This document shows, piece by piece, positions 35,970 through 49,468 of a DNA stretch of 64,000 nucleotides. The first letter of the stretch is position 1. The number at the start of each line of letters is the position of its first letter. Position numbers and translations under genes: made by a program. The DNA is from Amphiscolops sp. MND2022. Lineage: Eukaryota. Location: NCBI GenBank assembly GCA_964187785.1, contig OZ076409.1:96164001-96228000 (forward strand), in the 5' to 3' direction. The notes below the pieces were generated by a model. That model saw nothing but the letters and a program-made list of their open reading frames with translations, searched no databases and was not told the DNA's origin.

Positions 35970-37129
35970 ACTGTATTCTTATTGTTTTAAAGCTGTCAAA
36001 TCAAACACAATAATGTATAAATGAGAGCTTTGAAATGTATTAGGCAAGTTAGTTGAGGTCGAGTTGACAGAGGATCCAATAATCAAGGTTGTACTCCCGG
36101 GGGTAGCTTATTGCTGCTACCTGGCGTGAAATCATACAAACTACCATCGAAGAGTCATAGTATTCGTTTTGCTGTTTTTTTTTCGTTTTTTTTTACTGCG
36201 TCTTTTGGCCTTCTAAGTGATCAAATAAAGTCACTAGCTGTGTCGAACAGTTCTGGTGAACCAACTAGTAGACAATTTTCATCATTATGTTCTCTCTTTC
36301 TGCTTTATATAGTGATATTCATCAGAGTCTGAAGCCTCTACTAGAATTTAGTTTATTGCTAAATATAAAATCTTGATGAGCTCAATTTTTGCTTTTGATT
36401 CATTACCGTCGAAAATTAATTACATTCGAGCGCTGTGAAACACTAAAAAGAACTAGCACGTTTGAAATGAACCTGAAAGTTTTTAGGTTGAACAGAGAGC
36501 ATGTTTACAATAAAAGCTTCTGCTATAGCGCATCCTTATATTTGCTAGATTGCAATGCTTCGCTTTACTACATTCGGTATGTACTCTTTCTCGATAATCT
36601 AATCACGATTTAAGAAGACAATTTTGTCCAAACAATTACAAGTTCGTTTAAAAAGCTAAAATACAACACATGCAGCGCTTTTCAAGAACTTATGACGTCA
36701 AACAAATTGTCAATCTGAGTAGTTACTTTGATCAAATTTCACTGATCGAAATTTTTTTCATTAGTATTTTTGAGTATTTTGTTTGAGAAGCATTTTCTTG
36801 GAAGTAAAACATATCGTTTCCGGTTTCTTAGCTGATGCGATTGATGAAACTCTTTTCGCGATCCACTTTAATTATTATTTGCTGCCCATATTTCAAATTA
36901 TAGAAAGAAAAAATTTGGTGAGTTTTTCAATAATTTCCAGTTGTCTAATTAGATACCCAACAAGAGGCACGGTGGCACTGCCACGTTTTCGAGACGTTTT
37001 TTCGAACCCACAAACATCTGCTCCTCATATCAAATTTCGCAGAAAAGTTCAAGAACATTTATAGTTTTTTCAGAAATATCTCGTAAACCCCTAGCGACGA
37101 ATGCGACGAAATTTTTGTTCAGCTAGTTC

Positions 37130-37487
37130 AACTAAACGAATACCTGGGAAACGCATCTAAGTTACCGAAAAGGACCCTTTTCAGTGTTTACTTTTTAAAC
37201 GTAACATACAAAACCGGTAGAGACTGAAGGGCCCCCTCTCAATTTTTTTGGCGCTGAGACTTTTTTTCGAATTTTTCTTGTCTCGAAATGGTCCCCTATC
37301 GATTTTATTGACGTCCCCCCTCGTAATATCCGGAGTAAAGCGCTATATCCGAACTTATAACGTTATATTCGGACTATATCGCGTTTTGGTAAGGAGGAGG
37401 CAGATGTTCAAAAACAGGAGTTTTTCATAAAAACATCCTACGCATATTTTAAAAACTGCGCTTTTTGAGCCTTAGATATAGCGCGAG
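37130..37487 (+). mobile_element. Truncated HINE/DINE-1-like copy
   Basis: Shares gggaaacgcatctaagtta...ttttgagccttagatatagcgc with 43051-43638. Confidence 0.55.
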
Positions 37488-38210
37488 TTATTTTATAGTC
37501 CAAAATTGTATCCAATTGCCGAATACACTTTTCAAACGAAGCACACGCATAAACGTTTTAGAAAGTTAAATTTCCACATTACCTTGGAATCTACGCCGAA
37601 AAAACAGTACTGCTTTTCTAAGTCGGCGCATTCTCGGATACCATCTCCCATAGCAAGCTATGGTACCATTTTTGTCAAGCAATGGTGGACTTGAAGCTGT
37701 GGTTTCAAAGTGACTGCTCATCGTTGCTCTGTTTTTGTTTGGCTTTTCTCCGCCAAATGCGTTATTTTTGTCATTGCAATGGCCATGCCACTAAGCTAGG
37801 GATGTAGTACGCTTATCCTTTCTAACTTATTTTTATGGAAAGTACTAGGTGAACAAAAAAACGGAACACAAAAAACTTCACTCTTGAAAATAGTATTATT
37901 CGTAAACAATGCGCTCTCACTTTTTCCGTCAAGTAATCGAAATAAAGCTTTCATTACGTAATCTTATCTTTAAATAGGCATGTTTTAAACCTTCACTTTA
38001 CTGGTCATTTTATTTGCACTTTTGAGGGCAAAAGTTCTTTGACATTCGAATGTGTGAAAGCAATGTTGTCTAATTGAATGAATTCAAAGTTGTTTTTGAA
38101 AAGTTTGTTGACAATTATTTGACATTTTGTGAGCTCAAAAATTTTTATGTGTTCCGTTTTTTCTTGGTTCACCTAGCAGTTCTCGTGATTTTCTTTCTTT
38201 TTTAAACCAG

Positions 38211-38616
38211 ATTTATGGATACTGGAGTCACGTGACCGGGAAAATTTTCCCTCAGATTTCATTTTTGGAGTGTTGCGCTCTGAACAGAAGTTACCCCGTC
38301 ACAGACTACCACGTGCCTACCCCGACCAATGAAGACCAGCAGAGATCCCGTTTCAAGAGCTGCACAATATCCATAATTTTCCAGGCAGAGGAGCAAAAAT
38401 GTGCCTCCATCTTGGAAGTTTTGAACCGGGATCCCTTTTATTTCAACCACCAAGTGGAACTTGTCTCCAAAACCAACTTCTGCGTCGGCTCCCAGAGATT
38501 TTTCGGCCTCGATCAAAAACTGCCCCTTCTCGCTTGTAACCCTGTTCACAGCGGATCCCGCATTTTGAGGCAGGGGTTGCAAAAAATATAAATTGTCGGT
38601 GTAAAACTGTATGAAG
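38211..38616 (+). CDS. Possible host exon or pseudo-exon of unknown product
   Basis: GC-richer block with an acceptor (ttttttaaaccag) and donor (aag/gtaata). The frame is open 38211-38588 and then stops. No recognisable domain. Confidence 0.25.
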
Positions 38617-38849
38617 GTAATACAGCTCGTTTTGAGGATTCAAAAAGGGGAAAAATTCAATTATCTCTTTTCTCAGAGTATTTTATATCAACCCAACAAT
38701 TATCAGTCAAGACCTCTCGGGTGTGATTTCGCGGCAAGTATGTTACAAATCAATTAATTAAACGATATCAAACTGTCAAAAGAACATAAATGGTAGCGCC
38801 TTGAAGTCAAATATTGGTTAATAAGTTGTTTAAACAACTTAGATAGCAA

Positions 38850-39656
38850 CCCATGTTGAGCACTCCCTGCGAATCTGTACAGATCTGTACAGATCCTGCC
38901 AGATATTCCAGGATTGTTCGAGAATTGAATAGTCATAAATTCAGTTTTTGAAAATAAAAGTAGTTGATTAAAAAGTGCTCTACGAAAGAAACACGCCTCT
39001 TATTTGAAGTTTTAAAAAAGCTTCTGTTCGAGTCTGTACAGATCTGTACCGATCCTTGCAGATATTCCAGGATTTGTTAAAAATTAATCATACGAAAATG
39101 ACCAATAAATTACTATCACGTATTCCGAGTTTCCAGCAAGTACTAAAACTACTCCAACAAACCATGTTCCCGAAATATTACAACCACAACACTTTATCAA
39201 CACCTCTACCAACCCAGAAAGTTGTCCCATGTCTAATTGCATCCGCCAAAACGAAGTCAATATGGCAAACGAGCCTCTCAAAGTTGAAAAACCACTTCTG
39301 GAAAGTTCAAGTGAAATTGATAAATTACCGTGTATAACCAAAAGCGAACATTCCCCAGACCCCAGATGGGGACAAGATTTGCTGCTCAAGAATTTTGAGT
39401 GATGGAGAGTTTCAACTGACTGAGCTTTGGTCAGCAAAAATATTTATTAAAATAGTCCAAAAATGAAATGCATAGTGTCACTATAAGGCTCGGAAACAAC
39501 TTTCCTGAAAAATCTATACAGAAAATCTTTGAACATCTGTAAAGATCCTTGCAGATCTGCAGTTGTCCTTACGTAGCAGTGGCACGATCTTTGCAGATAC
39601 TCAAGGAAAATTGGCTCACGGATCTTAACAGATTCTCAAGGAAAGCTCAACATGGG
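38850..39656. mobile_element. Non-autonomous CACTA/EnSpm-like element, copy 2
   Basis: Same TIRs, AA TSD and internal sequence as 15357-16164. Confidence 0.85.
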
Positions 39657-41109
39657 AAGGCCTTTCAGTCGAATATTTCCTAATCAAAATGATATCTTGA
39701 TAGTCAGATAGATGTCTAATTGCTATTACCAGGGACCGGAACTTTAGGTCATTATAATCGCTAGCGCCTTCAAAGGTCAAATAAAAACTCAACAAAAATC
39801 AAAACGAAAATCAAAACAAATTTAATTTCAAACCCTGATGTACATCAATTTCTGCAGAGTTTTTTCGCAAAATAGTAGGAGAATTAAATGTATTTAGCTT
39901 TAGTCAAACTAAAAAGTCTCTCAATTTCACATGATGTAAGGGATGCATCAAGGAAACAAGCCATATCATGTAACTGTTAGCACATTGCATCGCTTACTTT
40001 GCGTATGTAAATCTGAGAAATGCTTATATTTCATGTATCATGTCGCCATATGAATGAAAGGCCTGCATGTATGGTTATTTTTTTTATAGAACCTAGAAAA
40101 TTCAGTAAACTTCGGGTGGTAACTCATGAATTTTAACGCTGCGTTTTCCACTACTGCAATTAAATTAGAAAATAAATTCATCTAAATTACCGACACTATC
40201 ACATTGTATTCACATTTTGTTTTCTCAACTACTCATCTGATGTGATCACCGCTTCTCAAATAGCACGCTAACTATGAGGCAAATTTGCAGTTTATTACGC
40301 GACTGAAGTTATTTTGCATTAATTTAGTGGCAAAACTGATGGCAACTTATTTGCTTTGAAAGTTATAACTGCTGTTTAATGAAACCTGCAAAAATTCAAG
40401 ACTTAAAATTGCCGTCAAAACTTGGATGAATCTTTCAAGCAGCTTGATAAAAGTTGAATACAACAAGGAAAATTTTCGCATGAAAGTTTCCGTAAGAGTT
40501 TTAGAAGATCATAAAAAATGCTGGCAACGTTAAAGTACACGCAAAGAATTCAAACAGTTTCCACAAGCAAGGGATAGGTCCAAATAGCCTAAAACCCGTC
40601 CCTGGATATTTTTCCGGTCCCTGGGTATTACTTTTAAGTAAGGTGTAGGTTCCAATTTGCCTAAAATCAAACTATTTAGAATTTAATGCCATGATTTTGA
40701 AATGAAATGAAAATTGAAAACGTCTCGGGCTGTATAATTCGCCCTTTCTCCTTTTTGGGTTCTTTGGGACCTTCCAAGCCGGCGATCGTTAGGTAGTGGC
40801 ACGTCGCTTCATCTAGTTTTTGCAATTAGGCCACTGATCTTGGTTTCATCGTTCTCAGAAAAAATCGATGCTCGTTATTTTTAGATCTTTGAAATTTGTA
40901 TAAACTTGTTTATTTTGACTTTTGCATTTTACGCGGCAACCTGAGTTTTACGTGAGCTAACATATTGTTTGTAACTCTGATTTCAGAGTAATTGGTCAAT
41001 GATTTTTTCGAAGCTGTTATAAAAGTCGCGTTAGGTTCGTTCAGCAAAATGAAATTAGCACCAAATTAATACTCGAAACTTTTTAAACTTTCAGTTGATC
41101 ATTTTTACA

Positions 41110-41686
41110 TCATTCAAAAAGTCCCCCTTTAAGTTTTTTCTCAATATTTTGCAACTGAGCGGATGTTAAAAAATCTCAAATGGTTCCCCTTTCACATTTT
41201 TCGGCACTATCAGACTGTTCAAAATTCTTTTTTTTTGTCTGATATTAGGTTTTTTCAATATATATCTACCAAATAATTTTTTCTCAATTCGGTCCAAATT
41301 TTGGAGGTGGAGGTTCCAAAATATTGTGCTAAATCTCCGAATTTTCAACGTTATATCCGAACTATATTGCATTTTACTAAGGAGGAAGCGGATGTTCGGA
41401 AATAAGCGGTCCCATTTGTCCCAGCACGCTATATCCGACCTTTCGAACTTTTGAGGTTGCATCAGAAGTACTTTGCGTTTTACTGAGGAGGAGCCGTAGG
41501 ATTCAAGAAGCGCTCGTATTTGTTTTAGCACGCTATATCCGAACTTCTGAAGCGTTTTCCGAGCATCCTTTTGGTGTTTCGAAGTATTTTGTAAGTTTTT
41601 CATAAACGTCCTGCGCATTTTCTCAAAACTTTGCGGCGCTTTTTGAGCCTTAGGTTGGCGCCGACTTTAGACGTTCCCGTATTGTT
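41110..41686 (+). mobile_element. HINE/DINE-1-like copy
   Basis: Family core plus 3' end gcgccgactttagacgttcccgtattgtt; internal cgctatatccga repeats. Confidence 0.65.
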
Positions 41687-42160
41687 TCTCGTACCTCTTA
41701 CACACAAACCACTTTGCAACCCCTGTAACCAGGTTCATGCTGTTGGTACACAACCTGGCAATGATGACAGATTTTTACAGGTCCCGGCTCTTTTCTGCCC
41801 CTCCCCCCACCTCCAATTTTTTTGGAAAATTAGTGAAAATTTTATAGCAAAAGACTTGACTACGAAGACTTGAATACAAACCAGAAACCTTCATTTTTAT
41901 TTCAGTTCCAGGGTGACAATTTGGAATTGAGAAATAAAATTTGTTCACATAATTTTTCTTCTGAAGTCGCTCATTTTTGATTAGGAAATTAGCAGCTTCC
42001 TGTTTTGAGTAACAAAAAACAGTCAATACGAACATTTGTGAAAAATGTTTTGTTCAAACAAAAAACTTTTCCAATAGACGTTAACTTTCTGTTATGAAAG
42101 AAAGTTTTACTTTAAATTAGGCTAGTCTGAAATTTTGAAGGAAATTTACGTTCAAAAATT

Positions 42161-42617
42161 TTGGTGTTGGGGGAAAAGAGAAAAGAGCTCAGGTCTCTCA
42201 CGGGGCTCGAGAGTGAAAGTGAGCGATTGGGTTTCACCCTTTTTTCCTTCCCCACGAAACACGACCGCGACGACAATGAAACGTGTAACTTTGAAGTGCA
42301 ATTGGCTCTGAAATACTCGCCCAAAATCCAGCCCCAGAGCATGTCTGACGTATTCATCAAAGTCGAACTGGACAACATCAATTTGTTCACCAAGTTTTAC
42401 TCCCAATGGAAGCTGGAAATAAGCCCCAATGGCAACTTCATAACCCGAGATCCCGAAGATAACTTATTGATTATCGAAACTCGGGATCAAGCGAAGCGTA
42501 AGTTATGCCCCAAACCCAAGATCCTGGATTTGCAATCAGTATCCAGGCACCAGCATCGTCAAGGCACCAGTCACCAGGATTCTTCTAAGGAACCTAGAGA
42601 AAGCTTGACGTCAACAG
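42161..42617 (+). CDS. Possible host exon of unknown product
   Basis: About 150 open codons in GC-richer sequence ending at donor acag/gtgggt (phase 1), compatible with the exon at 45351. Confidence 0.35.
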
Positions 42618-43050
42618 GTGGGTGATTTAAACAAATTTATTCTTTGAGGTTTCATACACACCAAATTGGTCAGAAAAAGTACAAAAAATTGCAAAACACG
42701 GTTGAGTGTGAAGAAAATTTAGGTTTATTTTCGTTGAAAATTCGGGGCTTTTTCTCAACAAATGTTTCAAATTTCTCCCGGTAAAACGTACTGGATAGGT
42801 TGTTAGTTGGTTGTTGACATTAGTGGAGCTTCTAATCCATGAAGAACAGTGAACATTGAACAAAAATTGAGACCAAATTTCAAAATCCGGACTCAATACG
42901 GGGCACTTTGATATTAACAAACTATAGGAAACGCTTTTTTGTTTTTCCGCGGAAGCAAGAAAATCATAATAACATTGAAAAATGTTTTTATTTCCACTCC
43001 CGGAAATGTAATCCATCGCATTTCCAACATAAGCGAAGTATAGGCATTTT

Positions 43051-43638
43051 TTAGTCGGCGCCTTTTCCTTTAAAGGAAAAAGCCCGACTATTACAGTGAC
43101 TAGTTTTTTCGTCAGATAACAGAATGTATGCGTAGTGGACACTTTTTACAGAACTACTAAACTACTGGACCGGCAACCGGGAACGCATCTAAGTTAGTCC
43201 AAAGGGCCCCCTTTCATTTACTACATTTTTAGCGTAACACACAGAACCGGACGAGACTGTAGGGTCCCCCATTTGAATTTTTTCGCACTGTGCGACTTTT
43301 TTTTGAGTTTTTTGTCTCGAAAGGTCCCTTTCAAGTTTTCCGATATTATGCAGCAAACTGAAGTTTCAAAAAGCCCAAAAGGTCTCCCCTTTTAAGTTTT
43401 TCGGCACTATGAGACTGTTTCAAAATTCTCATTTTTCGTTTTTTCCAAAAAATTTTTTCGAAAATTTTTGAAAATTTTCTAATGTCTCGAAAGTGTCCGT
43501 CCCCTCCTTCAATTTTTAAAGATTTTGTAACAAACTGGATTCTCAAGAGGCCCAAATGGTCCCCCTTTTATAAGTTTAAAAACTTTGCGCTCTTCGAGCC
43601 TTAGATATAGCGCCGACTTGAGACGTTCCCGTTTTGTT
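43051..43638 (+). mobile_element. HINE/DINE-1-like copy, complete
   Basis: 5' ttagtcggcgc plus a short inverted repeat (gcccgacta); 3' gcgccgact plus stem-loop and ttgtt. Confidence 0.75.
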
Positions 43639-43744
43639 CAAAGTTGTTTCGACCAGAGAACTAAACAAAAACATTTTGATCAAAAAACAATTGAGAGTGA
43701 GGTCAAAAGTTTTTTTGCAGAAAAAGCAAACGGGTACCTACACA

Positions 43745-44475
43745 AGGGTACCAAAAAGCTAAAGAGCAAAACTTTCTCAACTTTTAATAAGAATTACAGG
43801 GGTATTTTTGTTTTGAACTCACACAAAAACTACAAACGTTAGTAGCTAACAAAAGTCTTCGCTAATTTTTGGCTTTGCTCGACTTTAACACTTTTTCTGA
43901 TAGTGTCCTCCTCAGAAATTTTCACTGCAAAATGATCACAAAATGCGAAACCTTCAATTTTTATTCCGTAAAAATATTGTTTCGACAAAATTACAACTGT
44001 TTTTGGCTATTCATTTTTAGGAAAGCATTTTCAGACGTTTTTTTCTCCTGGCCAGGAGAAAAAAACGTCTGAAAATGCTTTCCTAAAAATGAATAGCCAA
44101 AAACAGTTGTAATTTTGTCGAAACAATATTTTTACGGAATAAAAATTGAAGGTTTCGCATTTTGTGATCATTTTGCAGTGAAAATTTCTGAGGAGGACAC
44201 TATCAGAAAAAGTGTTAAAGTCGAGCAATAGTTTCTGAGATAATGCTGAGCAAACTTCAAAATTTTTCAAAAGTCCTCGAAATACAATGTGATTTTTAAC
44301 ATATGACTATTTATATTTTGATTCGATTTCAAAATAAAAATATCTTTGTATTGCTGATCAAAATTTAAGTGACTTTTGCTCCTGAGCCTTTTTCGTAGGA
44401 AGAATATAATAAAAGATTTCTCGCTTTGAAAATTCTCGTTCGCAAAAACGACTGCCCTTAGCTTTTTGGTACCCT
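43745..44475. mobile_element. MITE-like element containing a perfect palindrome
   Basis: 18-bp inverted repeat agggtaccaaaaagctaa / ttagctttttggtaccct. Confidence 0.55.
43875..44228. repeat. Perfect 354-bp palindrome with no spacer
   Basis: Centre tgg|cca at 44051/44052. ORFs 43869-44072(+) and 44031-44270(-) translate to the same peptide. Confidence 0.95.
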
Positions 44476-44795
44476 AGTAGTATTGTATGTTAGGGGGAAA
44501 TAAGTGCCCAAAGCATGAAAATCGAAAAAAAGTCACAAATTTGGGATATGAAAAATTGAGGTCGGCTTTTAAAACTCTGGTGGACAAAATGTTTCGCTTC
44601 GCTCGTCTAAGAACTCGTCATCAAATATTATTCAAAACCTCTTCCGGGTTATTCATTTTCTCAATTACGCTATTACATTATACTTCCTGTCATGGTTCTG
44701 CCGTATAAATTTTTGCTGTCTCAGATGGATGGAAAATCATTCACTTGATCTGGGATTTTTCCCCAAAGATAGTTCTGGCAAAAAAATGATAAATT

Positions 44796-45259
44796 TTAGT
44801 CGGCGCTTTTCTAGAGAAAAGAGTCGACTATAGTCATGGTTTTTCGTCAGTGTTTTTTTCTCAAGACCACTTGAACTGACCAAAATAGTACCAAAAATTC
44901 TACAAAATTTCAAATTTCACCTGTTGGCCCAGGGAACAGAACCAAAAAGTCTCCCGCATAACATACAATGCCGGACGAGACCAAAGGGTCCCCCTTTCAG
45001 TTTTTTTCGGCATTGCGAGACTTTTTTTCGGAAAAAAAATTCCCCAAAGGGTCCCCCTTCATTTTTTTTTGGGTTTTGCGAAAGACTGGGTATAGAAAAG
45101 TCCCAAAGGGTCCCCCCTTTCAATTTTTTTCGGCGTTGTGAGACTTTTTTCAAAAAAAATTTTTTAGTGCTGTAGAAGAGAATACTTTGAAACTTTGATG
45201 TCCTTTTGCTATTTTTGAGCCTTGGATATGGCGCCGACTTGGGCCGGTCCCGGCTTGTT
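44796..45259 (+). mobile_element. HINE/DINE-1-like copy, complete
   Basis: 5' tagtcggcgc...gagtcgacta; 3' gcgccgacttgggccggtcccggcttgtt; internal aagggtccccc repeats. Confidence 0.8.
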
Positions 45260-45350
45260 TCTTAAATAATGAGTTTACAACAGATTAATTTATTACCACT
45301 GGGACTTGTTTCATGCACCAAATTCTAATTGGACAATTTTTATTTCCACA

Positions 45351-45492
45351 GATACAGACAGCGGTTTGGCAACTAGTCTGGAAAACACAGAGCACCGGAT
45401 GTCTGGCACGACCGGGTCTCTGGAAGTGAACGCAACCAGACTTACCAATGTCAGTCATCAGAGTTTGCCAGAAAGTTCCAGAACCAGCAGAA
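45351..45492 (+). CDS. Possible host exon
   Basis: Strong acceptor tttttatttccacag; open Ser/Thr-rich frame (D)TDSGLATSLENTEHR..., in phase with the donor at 42617. Confidence 0.3.
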
Positions 45493-45630
45493 GTAAAACT
45501 CGCCGCAGAAAAGTTGCTTACTTAGTTTAGCTTTTGAAAATAAAACAAAAATTTAGTTTTCTAATTCATCAATTCTATTTCAATCATGCAGTCGAAGACA
45601 TCTCAGGTAAAATCTTACCAGTAAAAAATT

Positions 45631-45703
45631 TGCGGTCAGTGGGGTTCGAACCTGGGACCTCTCGGATAACAGTCGAATGCTCTACCGATTGAGCCTAATC
45701 TGA
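45631..45703 (-). pseudogene. tRNA-Asn(GTT)-like pseudogene or tRNA-derived SINE head
   Basis: Minus strand gctcaatcggtagagc (D arm), ttcga-ctgttat-ccgag (anticodon GTT), ggttcgaacccc (T arm). The acceptor stem does not pair. Confidence 0.6.
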
Positions 45704-46020
45704 AATCGATTAAAAGACAAAAGACAGAGCGAAAGTTTTTAAAATGTTAATGTTTTCCAAAACTGCAGGAAATGTTCCAAATAACGAGAAAAATTTGTAT
45801 CACAACAAAAGAGTGCTGAAAAAATTTCAATCAAAATTTTCCTGAAACATTTGATTTTAAAATAATCACGAGAACAGAAAGCCAACTCAGTTCTGCAAAG
45901 CGAAATTTCCACAAATTGCTGCAGAAATGTTATCATACTAGAAAAAAGAAAGTCTTTCATGTTTCTTAGAAGTTTTTGTAAAAATCCTAAACTTTGAAAA
46001 ACTCAGCCCTTGGAACATTT

Positions 46021-46680
46021 TTAGTCGGCGCTTCATGAAGTGAAACGCGACTATTATAGTGGCTTTTCTTTTTTTTTCTTTTTTTTTCAATCCACACGAA
46101 CTGACCAAAATAGTTCTTAGAAGTTCTACAAAATATTATTGCACAAAATTGCACTATTTGGTCTAGCGAACTGAACCAAAAAGGTTTTTCCTGTTTTCCC
46201 GCGTACCATACCATACCCGGGGAGACCAAAGGGTCCCCCTTCAATTTTTTTCGGCACTGCGAGACTTTTTCTCCGGATTTTTTTCCCCAAGGGTCCCCCT
46301 TCAATTTTTTTGCTGTTTTGGGACAGAATGGATGTTGGAAAATCCCAAAGGGTCCCCCCTTTCAGTTTTTTTTGGCATTGTGAGATTTTTTCTCGAAAAT
46401 AAAAATTTTTGTTTTCTTCAATTTTTTCATGTTTTGCGACAGAATGGATGTTGAAAAACCTCAAAGGGTCCCCCCTTTCAGTTTTTCGGCATTGTGAGAC
46501 TTTAGCGGGCCAGCGCGAGCCCCGGCGCGCCACTCAGTCCATTTTTTTGAGTATGTAATTTTTTTTTTGAAAAATTTTCGATTTTCGAGTACTGTAAAAG
46601 AGAATACTTGACACTTGGATGTCTTTTTGCTATTTTTGAGCCTTGGATATTGCGCCGACTTGGGCCGGTCCCGGCTTGTT
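46021..46680 (+). mobile_element. HINE/DINE-1-like copy, complete
   Basis: Same termini as 44796-45259, with four internal aagggtccccc units. Confidence 0.8.
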
Positions 46681-48153
46681 TCAACTCATGGTAAGACTAA
46701 TTAACATTGTAAGAATTCACTCTACTGTGATGTTTGACGGGCATTAGAAGTGTTTCTTTTGAATCCATTTTCCAACTGAACAAAACGTGGTACATGTAAA
46801 ACAAGCCTGAATTTTCCTTTTGTCTTTTAATCAAACTAGACTGCACACATCCATGCAACATGCAAAATTTTACAGTAGTCTCCAGCAGGGCAAAAAATTT
46901 TGCATACTCAAAATTAGACTGAATAAATTTTCGTCGATATTTGTAATACACCTTCGAGCTGGTTCTTTCTATTTGCGAAAAAGACAATTTTAACAACTTC
47001 TTAATTCACAAATTAGCAAAATGTTTTGTTATGTTTTGATTTGAAATGCTTTGCGCTCTTTCAGAAGCTGTTTCGAATACCGTCAATCAAAACCAAGTGA
47101 ATAGAAACCGCATGTTTCTACAGGCTACAAGCCGAAAAACAATTGTAAGATTTGATGAAAATGATTTCTGCAGTGAGTCTCACAGGATTCGGAATTCGAA
47201 CAATTTTTAAAATATAATTATTTGAAAGACGAATTTTCGGGCTTAGTCTCAATTTGGAGATGATTTAAATGCGATGCTATTAACTTGAAATGCAATTATT
47301 TTTTTACTCGAATCGGTATTCTCGTTTTCGAACACTGATTCGTCAAATTTGATCAAAAATAATTTGTCTTTCAATTACGAGCGAAGCAAATTAGTTTAGT
47401 TGTGTAATGTTGTTTAGTTATGTAAAAACTATTTTGTCGCTGAAAATTGATCACTGAATTCATGTATTGTCAGACGCCGCTTCGACAATACGCCGAGAAG
47501 TTGAAAAATTGACAAAAATTTTATCTAAAGCGACCAGCTCATTGTCTCGAAAGTCTTAATTGTTCGCAGTTGCGCCATTACTTTACAGGTTTTTTCCTCA
47601 TTACAATACCACTGAACTAGGGAAAAAGAACTCGCTCGAATCCAATCAATGATTAGTTAGGAGACGTTTGAACCAGCTTTTCACACCAACTTAGATCTAA
47701 GACATTACCACTATTCCATGTCTAAAAACAGAAAACATTTGATTTTCAGATAGTTTTTCAATTTTTTTTTGGAATAAAAACAAAAATTTTCTGAACAACA
47801 GTAAAGTAAAACCCAAAAATTATTTATTTTGTTTTCTATTTCTCTGGACTTCCATACATCCAACAAACCAAAAATGTATCACACAAACCGGAAAAACGAT
47901 AGAAAAATGAACGTTTGGTTCAACTAGCAAACCTTTGACAGCAAGGTAGTTTTCCTTAAACAAAATTGCCAAAGTAAACACATCTCTTGTTTGTTTAGGT
48001 CCACGTTGAGTAAAGTAAACAAAACTTTCATCAGAAATTGGAAAAAAGTAAAGAAACGCAAACTTGGTGTAAGGACTTAGATCCGTGTCTTTTTTAATGT
48101 CGAAGGAAGATCTGAAACCTTTTTGTGATAAATTTGTCTTCAACGCATCTGGG

Positions 48154-48493
<340 letters not shown>

Positions 48494-49046
48494 AGGCAAG
48501 CATCCTTCTATATTTTGTATCTCTGGGTCGCTGACGGCAGATCTGATTGCCCTCTTGACCTGCGTCTGCATCATAATCATAATGAATCCTTTTCTGGGGA
48601 GAGTCTTAAGTTCATCTTTTCAGACAAAAAATTTCCATGGACTCTAAGAGCAAACCTGACCTAGTATTTTCATCTCTACTGCCATTGTTTCTCATCTCAT
48701 TTTCCCGAGATTAGTTTCCATTTTGTTGATGTTCGAGTTCCTTAATTAGCGCCAACATAGCAATATTGATAAAAAGCTGCAACCGGCAAGTTGTTTTTCT
48801 GGCAATAGCCGTTTAGGACGTGGACGTACTCGGCCGTTCAAGTGTCAGGTAGCAATGACTACACATGTGTACTAAGTGTAAGCACGGAATAGGAATTGAA
48901 ACACGCGTCCTAAATGGTTGATTAATCCTTAGCAGGCCACGTTAACTGTAGTGAACATGCAGACATTTGAACACGTTTCTTTCTGCCTGTCGGTACTTCT
49001 TTTGACGTCAAACATCTGTACATGTGAACGTTGATTATATTTTTAA

Positions 49047-49468
49047 ACAAGACCTGAACGTCTCAAGTCGGCGCACAAAAAGTGTCGAAACACCCAAAGG
49101 GTGCTTTCCGTGCTCGGGAAACGCTTCAAAACTTCGGATACACCGTGCTGGGTAACATGGGAGCGCTTTTTTGAACCTCAGCTTCCTCCTTAGTAAAACT
49201 TAATATGGTTCGGATATAGCGTCAAAAAATCGGATAAAACGCAGTATTTTCCAACCTCGACCTCCTCTTTAGTGGAACGCAACTTACGTCGGATATAACG
49301 TCAAGAGTCGGATAGTATTGAAAAAAGTTTTCGGAGAGAATCTATTTTGAGAGAATCTATTTTAAGACGAAAAATGAGAATTTTGAAAGAATCACCGACT
49401 TGGAAGCTATGTTTCCTCTGCCATATATGAACTAGCGAAAATAAATGAATAATAAAAACGCCGACTAA
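49047..49468 (-). mobile_element. HINE/DINE-1-like copy
   Basis: aacaagacctgaacgtctcaagtcggcgc at the left end and aaaacgccgactaa at the right end. Confidence 0.6.

Noticed and set aside
45631..45703. Functional tRNA-Asn gene
   Set aside because: The acceptor stem does not pair; kept as a pseudogene or SINE head.
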